DNA from: Girardia tigrina | Lineage: Eukaryota | DNA length: 58,558 bases | NCBI GenBank assembly: GCA_001938485.1 | Contig: MQRK01241546.1 | Location: 1 to 58,558, forward strand | Direction: 5' to 3' | In this document: positions 51,523 through 58,558 of the stretch, one piece after another | How positions within the stretch are numbered: the stretch's first letter is position 1 | Layout of the letters: each line of letters starts with the position of its first letter | Translations under genes and position numbers: made by a program | Notes under the pieces: generated by a model | The model's database searches: none | The model's input: only the letters and a program-made list of their open reading frames with translations | Told to the model about the DNA's origin: nothing

Positions 51523-51765
51523 CTCAAATGGAAATATATGATTATCGACGAGGGTCACCGGATGAAGAATCATCACTGCAAGCTTACTCAAATCCTCAAT
51601 ACATATTATTTCGCTCCATACCGTTTATTACTTACTGGTACTCCATTGCAAAATAAATTACCCGAATTATGGGCTTTATTAAATTTTCTATTACCGGACA
51701 TTTTTCAAAGTGTAAATACTTTTGAACAATGGTTTAATGCTCCTTTTGCTATTACTGGAGAAAAG
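51523..51765 (+). CDS. SMARCA4: Brahma / SMARCA2-4 exon (DEGH Walker [11 protein letters not shown])
   Basis: cag|[32 protein letters not shown]|gt. Confidence 0.95.
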
Positions 51766-51806
51766 GTCCATTAAAATTTTTCCATTTCCATTTAAAAAAT
51801 GTTTAG

Positions 51807-52028
51807 GTTGAGTTAAATCAAGAAGAAACTTTACTCATTATTAGACGCTTACACAAAGTTCTCCGGCCATTTTTACTGCGCAGACTGAAAAAAGAAGTCG
51901 AAAGTCAATTACCAGACAAGGTGGAGTATGTCATCAAATGCGAAATGTCTGCTTTACAGAGAACGTTATACAATCACATGCAGTCTAAAGGTGTCATTTT
52001 AACTGATGGATCTGAAAAAGACAAAAAA
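51807..52028 (+). CDS. SMARCA4: Brahma / SMARCA2-4 exon
   Basis: Follows a 41-bp intron. [53 protein letters not shown]|gt. Confidence 0.93.
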
Positions 52029-53329
52029 GTTTATATATATTTTTTATTTTTATTAAAAATTATTCTCGAACTCTATCTTATTTTTTATAGTTCTTGTAAT
52101 TGTAATTTGGATTTTTTTCGATAAATTTGAAGATTTATTATTTGAAGGATAAGTAAATATTAATTTTTTATTTAAAATTCAGAATCAAACATTCATTAAA
52201 ATTTATAATATTTTTAAATACAATTTTCATAAAATCTTTATTATTTAACACTGTTTTTAGCACCAGAGTCAAAAAATCCTTTAAAAATTTTGACTAAAAT
52301 CATATTCTAAGTTAAAGTGGTTAGTTCAATAATCTCTAACATTCGTTATTAAAAGGAAGCACTGAATTGTTCTAATTATTTTTCTTAAAAAATATAATAA
52401 ATCATTAAAGAAAAAAGTGCTTGTTTACAACATCACTGTTTCTACTTACTGTGTGTAACTGTTCATAAAAGGAACCTTGTTGAATATCAGAGCATTGTAA
52501 AATTTTATAACTTGACAAAATATTACGGCTTACATTCAACAGTATATATATAATCCAATGTCCCTGAAAACCAACAATATATTATTGGATAAGTCAGCTC
52601 AAAAACAGTAAAGAAAGTTTTGAAGACGAAAATTTATATCAGTTTAAGGTCAGATGAAATTCGCGATGATAAATTAGTGCTTTGTGAAAACATTATCAGA
52701 CATGATTAAAGATTAAATTGAAGAATTTCAACAACATGCTGAAGATCAGGATCTGTTTTTGCTTTGATAAAATTTAGGTATACAAAGCTTTGCTACAGGT
52801 GTACACCAAAGCTTATCACGAGAAATGGAAGACTCTGTTAGTCGCTGTGCAAGGAAACATTTAATTATTTCATCAATGTGATGTGAATGTCCTCAGTAAT
52901 GTAACTACTGAATATGAATCTGATCATTAAAAATGGATACCTGGCAGTCAGTGGGAGTCTGCTGAATTGTGTCAATTTGAGGAAAAGCCTTCCTTAGAAA
53001 TGATAAATCAAACAACCAAACATCCATAATGTTTTGTGTAGAAAAGAAGTGGTAATACTTAATCACATACAAATACAAAACCTTTTGGTGCATCATATTT
53101 TAGTCTGCTAGACAGTGAATGCTAATAAAAAAATTAAGTTTCCTAATAAATCTCTATGGTTTTGATTGACAATTCATTAATACATAAAACAAGAATTTCT
53201 AAAGAAATTACAAAAATGTGGCTTTACTGATTGTGTTACTCTCCATATAGTCCCGATGTATGATCAAGCTAATAGTTTTTTTCTAGAGCTTAACTACAAT
53301 CGATTATTGTACATTAGTCTGAGAAGATT

Positions 53330-54595
53330 AATCTGTCATTTTTTCAAGAAGTACTTCTGAAGAATTGAGAATATCAAGGACTTTCTCCTTGATGACATCA
53401 ACTGAATGAAAGTGGACACCTTTCAAATGTTTCTTTAGGTGTTTAAACAACGCAAAATCACTTGAGGCTAGTCAGGGCTATTGGGGGCTGGGAAACCAAC
53501 TGAAAGCCACAGTCATCCACAGCAATCAAGGTTGCTCGCGAAGTGTGAATGGGTGCATTGTCTTGAAGGAGCAACAATGGGATCCCTCTTGGCTTCCTAC
53601 GAGACTTTCTCACATCGCGACGTAATTCAACATAATACTCACTGTTAGAATCTGTGGGAACATTACTCGGAGAAGAACAAATATCCATAACTAAATTATA
53701 TTTATTAATGACACTTAATTATCGGATATTGAAAAATATTTGGAATAATTGATTGATTGCGTTGATCTTCTAATAATTCCAATTTCCACTCTGATTTTCA
53801 ATTCCCGGAAAAATTCTGCCAATTATTAAAACAGATTTTTTTTATTTTATTTACATTTAACTTATATTCTATTTATTTAATTATTTCTTAAAAAATTTGA
53901 GGAACTAAATTACTAAAGTTTTATTTTTTTGTTAAACCGGTATTTTATAAAATTATATTTAATTAACTAATTTAACTTAATTTCGATTGCCTATTTCAAA
54001 AATTTTCCGTTTACTATTAATTCCTAACAATCACTATTCATTGTCAGTCTTTTCTCAATTAATTAATTTTAATAATGCCATGGTAATCCCAGAACACAGT
54101 CAACATTGCTGCTCGCTGGGTCGAGGTGCCGCTTCGAAGTTTTCGGGGAGCACTTTCATAGGGAGAAACACCACTCAGAAGATTGACGCTTGCTCTCATG
54201 CACCTACAAGCTCACCGGGCTTTCATCTTGTGTAACGATGTAGTTGATGAAGCGATCACCATTAGTGCGAAGCAACTGCAAATTGGTAGTGCAACACTGC
54301 AAACGTTTGTCGCACATTTCACCGCATAGGAATCGGGGAACAAAACGTGAACACAGTTTGCGAACTCCAAATGATTGCAGAATATCATATTTAGAATGGT
54401 AGCTGATGGATAGATGCTGTGGCAAGTTCACGGATGCTTATTCGTCTCTCTTCCGATACGATCTTCATGCAGAAATAACTTTTCCCGGGTAAAATTTCAC
54501 AGGGTCGTCCTGATCTCTCAGCATCAAAAATGGATTATCGGCCATGTTTAAAGTCTCTGATCCAATTATACACTGTTGCACGTGATGGGGTATTG
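53330..54595 (-). mobile_element. mariner-family transposase remnant split by an AT-rich insertion (~53690-54075)
   Basis: RSGRP, LCSRFVPRFL, IVTQDES, LLQDNAPIH and a degenerate SP.LA.SD. Confidence 0.8.
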
Positions 54596-54647
54596 TAATT
54601 ACAAGTCATTTATATGGCACATTGACTTGTAATTTGAAATTTACTTC

Positions 54648-54684
54648 ACAACTGATGATGCCGTAATGGCGAAACATGTTTTAA
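54648..54684 (+). ncRNA. Minimal type-I hammerhead ribozyme in a solo PLE pLTR fragment next to (TA)n
   Basis: CUGAUGA U GCCG UAA UGGC GAAAC AU GUU. The downstream sequence resembles that of the 34064 copy. Confidence 0.72.
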
Positions 54685-54716
54685 GAAATAAAAAACTTTT
54701 AAAATGGCGTTTGTTA

Positions 54717-54748
<32 letters not shown>

Positions 54749-55073
54749 CTTATAAGTATATATGAAGGGTTTTTAAGGTTTCCAGCTGGGTGTAACCTAA
54801 GAAAATATGGGTGTACAGTATAAAATATTTATTTTTACTCAAAAATTGTTACATCACCCATACACACTGGATTTACAGGGCTAAGAACAAAAGAATATCT
54901 TATACTTAATGAATAAGTATACAATTATAAATGACCTTGTGTAGGAGCATGTATGTGCGAGAAGGATAGAGTGGGTCGAATATCAGTGTGTGTATTTTTT
55001 ATTGAACCCATGCTTTACTTATAAATAGCTAAACTTTTGGGTGTACATCTACAAAAGTTGGGTGTACATTGTA

Positions 55074-56427
55074 CCCTGCCCTACCAAAAGTCTTCGGTCA
55101 GAAGCATATTTGACTCTTTTCTGTTGTATTATGAGTTTATTGAAAAAGTCATCTAAAATGAAAGAATTATAAGGCTGTCATACTATCAGTATATTGAAAT
55201 GATAAAGTTTATACTGTTGCTGGCCTTCCTATTGGTTGTCTATAAATGGATTTCTTAGAAATAATATTGCGTGAAGCGTCTTTCTATTTCACTATTATTC
55301 ACTATATTGCTAAGCATGGCATTACAAAAGGAGCTTATGGACTTTGAGAAAGGCGTCATCTATGGCTTTCATCTGTGCAACAAATTTCAGAGTAAAATTG
55401 CACAGCTAAATAGTCACCCCAAATCAATAATCGATTCATTTCTCCGAATGTATCGCAGCACGTACAGTCATGGGAACAAGGAGCGATCTGGACGACCGAA
55501 ATGCTTGGGCAATAATGACCAACCACAGCTTGTTCAACTTGTGAAGCAGAACCGATGCATGCCCTTGGCGCAGATCACTGCTGAGTACAACACAGGCCAC
55601 ACACAAGCAAGCATGTTTACAGTTCTCCAAAATCTTCATTCCTTGGGTTTCTACGGGAGAGTGTGTGCAAGAAGTCATTCGCATGCGGCGTCTTCGTTGG
55701 TGCAATGCCAGATGTATCTGGACTCCTGCTGATTGGCAGAAAATTATATGGAGCGATGAGTCCCGTTTTACGCTCTTCCATTCCGATGGACGACAATTTG
55801 CATTACGGCACAGTGATGAACGATTCCATCCTGATTGTGTTCTTCCAACAGTCAAATACGGCGGCGGCTCCATAATGTTTTGGAGTTGCTTCACAGTCAG
55901 TGGTACTGGCCAATTTGTCAAGTGTACTAACAACATTAATTCCATAGAGTACCGAGTAATCTTTGGACATGAACTGCTTCCATTCCTCCCAAAAATTGTC
56001 GATATGCTCTTTCAACACGATATGGCACCAATCCATACGTCACACCTCTTTAAGAATTTCTTCGAAACAAGTGGCATAAATGTACTGGAATGAATGCAAC
56101 AAAACACCGATTTTAAGCCAATCGAATTCCTTTGGGATGAGGTAGACCGACGCGTTCATAAAAAGCAGGTTCTTCCCTGGAATGCCACTGAATTGGAATT
56201 TCAGCTGCGGGAAGAATGGGCAAATATTCCTACTCAGCTCCTGAAAATAATTGTCGATTCTATGCCAAACCGGGTAATAAGATCTAAAGGAAACTGAACT
56301 AAATACTAATTTTTCAATTGCCTCAACTGTCTTCTGCATTCTATTTGGGTTTTAATGTTATAGAATTCATTGCGACTAGTTAAAAACAGGAAAAGACTAC
56401 TGACCGCAGACTTTTGATAGGGTAGGG
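55074..56427 (+). mobile_element. Tc1-like transposon, full length, frameshifted
   Basis: TIRs CCCTGCCCTACCAAAAGTCTTCGGTCAG / CTGACCGCAGACTTTTGATAGGGTAGGG. Motifs RSGRPK, WSDESRF, KYGGGSIMFW, FQHDMAPIH and DFKPIEFLW. Confidence 0.92.
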
Positions 56428-57499
56428 AATATATATATATATATAGTAAAGAAGTAACCTTACCAAAAATAAACAGAAAAATTAGTTTGAATTATTGATA
56501 TTAACTGATCCAAATATTTTCTCTATTCTTTTTATTAAAACTCCTAGATCATGCAGTTTTAAAAACCTAAAATAGGTAATGCTAAGGTTGATTTTTTTTG
56601 TTCGGGACAATGGAAAATTAAAATATTGGATGAGGAATTTTCATTCTCAAAGAATAGTGAAAAACTTATAAAAATTCATATATTGTAAGCGAAATGTTCG
56701 TAAACAATTTGTAGAAGAGTTAATTACTCTCCAGGAAATACATAACTTAGCGAAAAAGTTGGATAAAACTGTATCTGTGACTAGTAATAAAAAAAGGATG
56801 TCTAAAAAGTGTTCTTAATCAAGTAAATCAAAACTCTGAACAAGAATTATATTAGAATAATTTCAATTGTCACAAGTTCAAGTTCGTTTAAAGATAAAGA
56901 TTAAAAATGATTCACAATACAACACCTCATAATAGGAATCCAAATTAGTCTGAAGAATAAAAACTTATCTTTTGAAATTGATATACCTTTGGAATTTTGG
57001 TTTTTATTATTAAAACTCTTATTTTTATTGATATGAAGAGGCAGATTTTAATAAATTGGTATGTTAATCAAGTGTGATGGAAAATGAAGGACACACTGAA
57101 GATATTTTTATACATCGTTAGCTTATGTTTTTGTATTTTTAAATCAGCTTGAATTTACGTTGCTAATATTTTCATTCATATCTGTTATTAAAGATTATTT
57201 ATATAATCGTACAAGTCCTTATAATCAATTGATTATAATTTTTCATTAATTATTTTAGTTATAAAATCATTTTTAATCAAAATTTTTAAAGGGTCACTTG
57301 ATCGCGTCGGAAAAACAGTGCTACAAATTATTTAATATTTATGATATCTGTTTAACATTTGATTATTCATATATAACTGTAAATTGAAGTAACTCTTTTT
57401 ATTTTAAGGTTTTCAAGGTGAGTGTAAATAGTTTTTCTTTTGAAATTCAGTTTGTTTTTCAATTTCTTATTTCCTGATGCTTATGTAAATTACTGTTAG

Positions 57500-57793
57500 G
57501 GTAAAGGTGGAACTCGAACTTTAATGAATACAATAATGCAACTCAGAAAAATTTGCAATCATCCGTTTATGTTTCAACATATAGAACAAGCAATTGCCGA
57601 ACACAGCTTTATATTGCAGCATAATGGTAAAGCTCCACCCGGTGTACCAATTCCAACAGAAATTTATGGTCAAGATTTATTTCGAGTGTCGGGAAAATTT
57701 GAATTGCTTGACAGAATCTTGCCAAAACTCAAAGCTGCCAATCACAGAATTCTCATATTTTGCCAAATGACAACATTAATGACGTTAATGGGG
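57500..57793 (+). CDS. SMARCA4: Brahma / SMARCA2-4 exon; gene continues beyond the window
   Basis: tag|[49 protein letters not shown]..|gttaga. Confidence 0.92.
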
Positions 57794-58558
57794 GTTAGAT
57801 ACAATATTCAAATAATCATATAATTTAATTGTTCATAAGCACTAATTATTTACCAGTTTTAATTTTTCAAATTCTCTTAAAAATCTTTTAAAAAGATATG
57901 AATACCTTTTATGCATAGTATATTGTTTTAAAATGTGGTAGAATATCCATTTGAAAAGTCAATAACCATTCTAAATTACAATATAGTATTTTATTGATTT
58001 TAAAATTAAAAAAAGATAAACAGTTCAAATTCTCTAACTTTTATTTTAAAAAATGGCAATTTTTATAAAACAAAAGATACGCTATTTCAAAATATATTTT
58101 TGTGATAATCTATCTCGACAGTGTGAGGAATATTTTAAATTAGGTATGTTGAATTTTGTATGATGAGTTTAGTATTTGGAAATGTGTTTCTCCCACCCAG
58201 ATGAAAATTGGTATTTTGGATGTTCACGATGAATAGTTATTCGAGCATAGTTTGCATTTTAAATTTCAACATAAGATATTAAAAACTTTTAAAATGTTAA
58301 ATTGTTTCAAATTTTAATATCAAAATGTAACGATATTATGATGAAATTGCGAAAATATAAAAATAATTTATTGTATATTTGTTTTAATATTCAGATATTA
58401 TTGTTTGTTTTTGAATTCAATAAAGGATATTCTTGTTGCCATTTTATTAAGCACTTTTCATATACCTTCACTGTATTTCATCTTGTCAAGAATGGGCCAT
58501 TTACTTTTGCCTATATCTCAGCATTTAGACCACATAGAAACTTCAAATTTTCACTGAA

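Overview
AT-rich eukaryotic genomic DNA with spliceosomal GT-AG introns and scaffold gaps. It is probably a flatworm such as a planarian; this is an inference from composition, the transposon set and an insertion in the Brahma ATPase. Three host genes lie on the + strand: the last two coding exons of USP7, a complete 4-exon GOT1/GOLT1B gene (139 aa), and the 5' five exons of a Brahma/SMARCA2-4 remodeller (QLQ, HSA, BRK and SNF2 ATPase) that runs off the right edge. Most of the rest is nested, largely decayed transposons: Gypsy LTR, Penelope-like (PLE), piggyBac x2, mariner/Tc1, several hAT with exact 8-bp TSDs, Mutator MITEs, TGT..ACA elements and Helentron/DINE-1-like elements. The most notable hidden structure is four minimal type-I hammerhead ribozyme motifs at PLE termini, plus a fifth degenerate one split by a MITE. 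Also notable are a 2.5-kb LTR element with its RT cleanly missing that splits a hAT transposase, a ~500-bp inverted duplication bracketing the last GOT1 exon, an unexplained ~127-bp diverged inverted pair, and an extreme GC contrast within the Brahma gene. I see no convincing wholly new multi-gene system. All calls are by eye; no searches were run.
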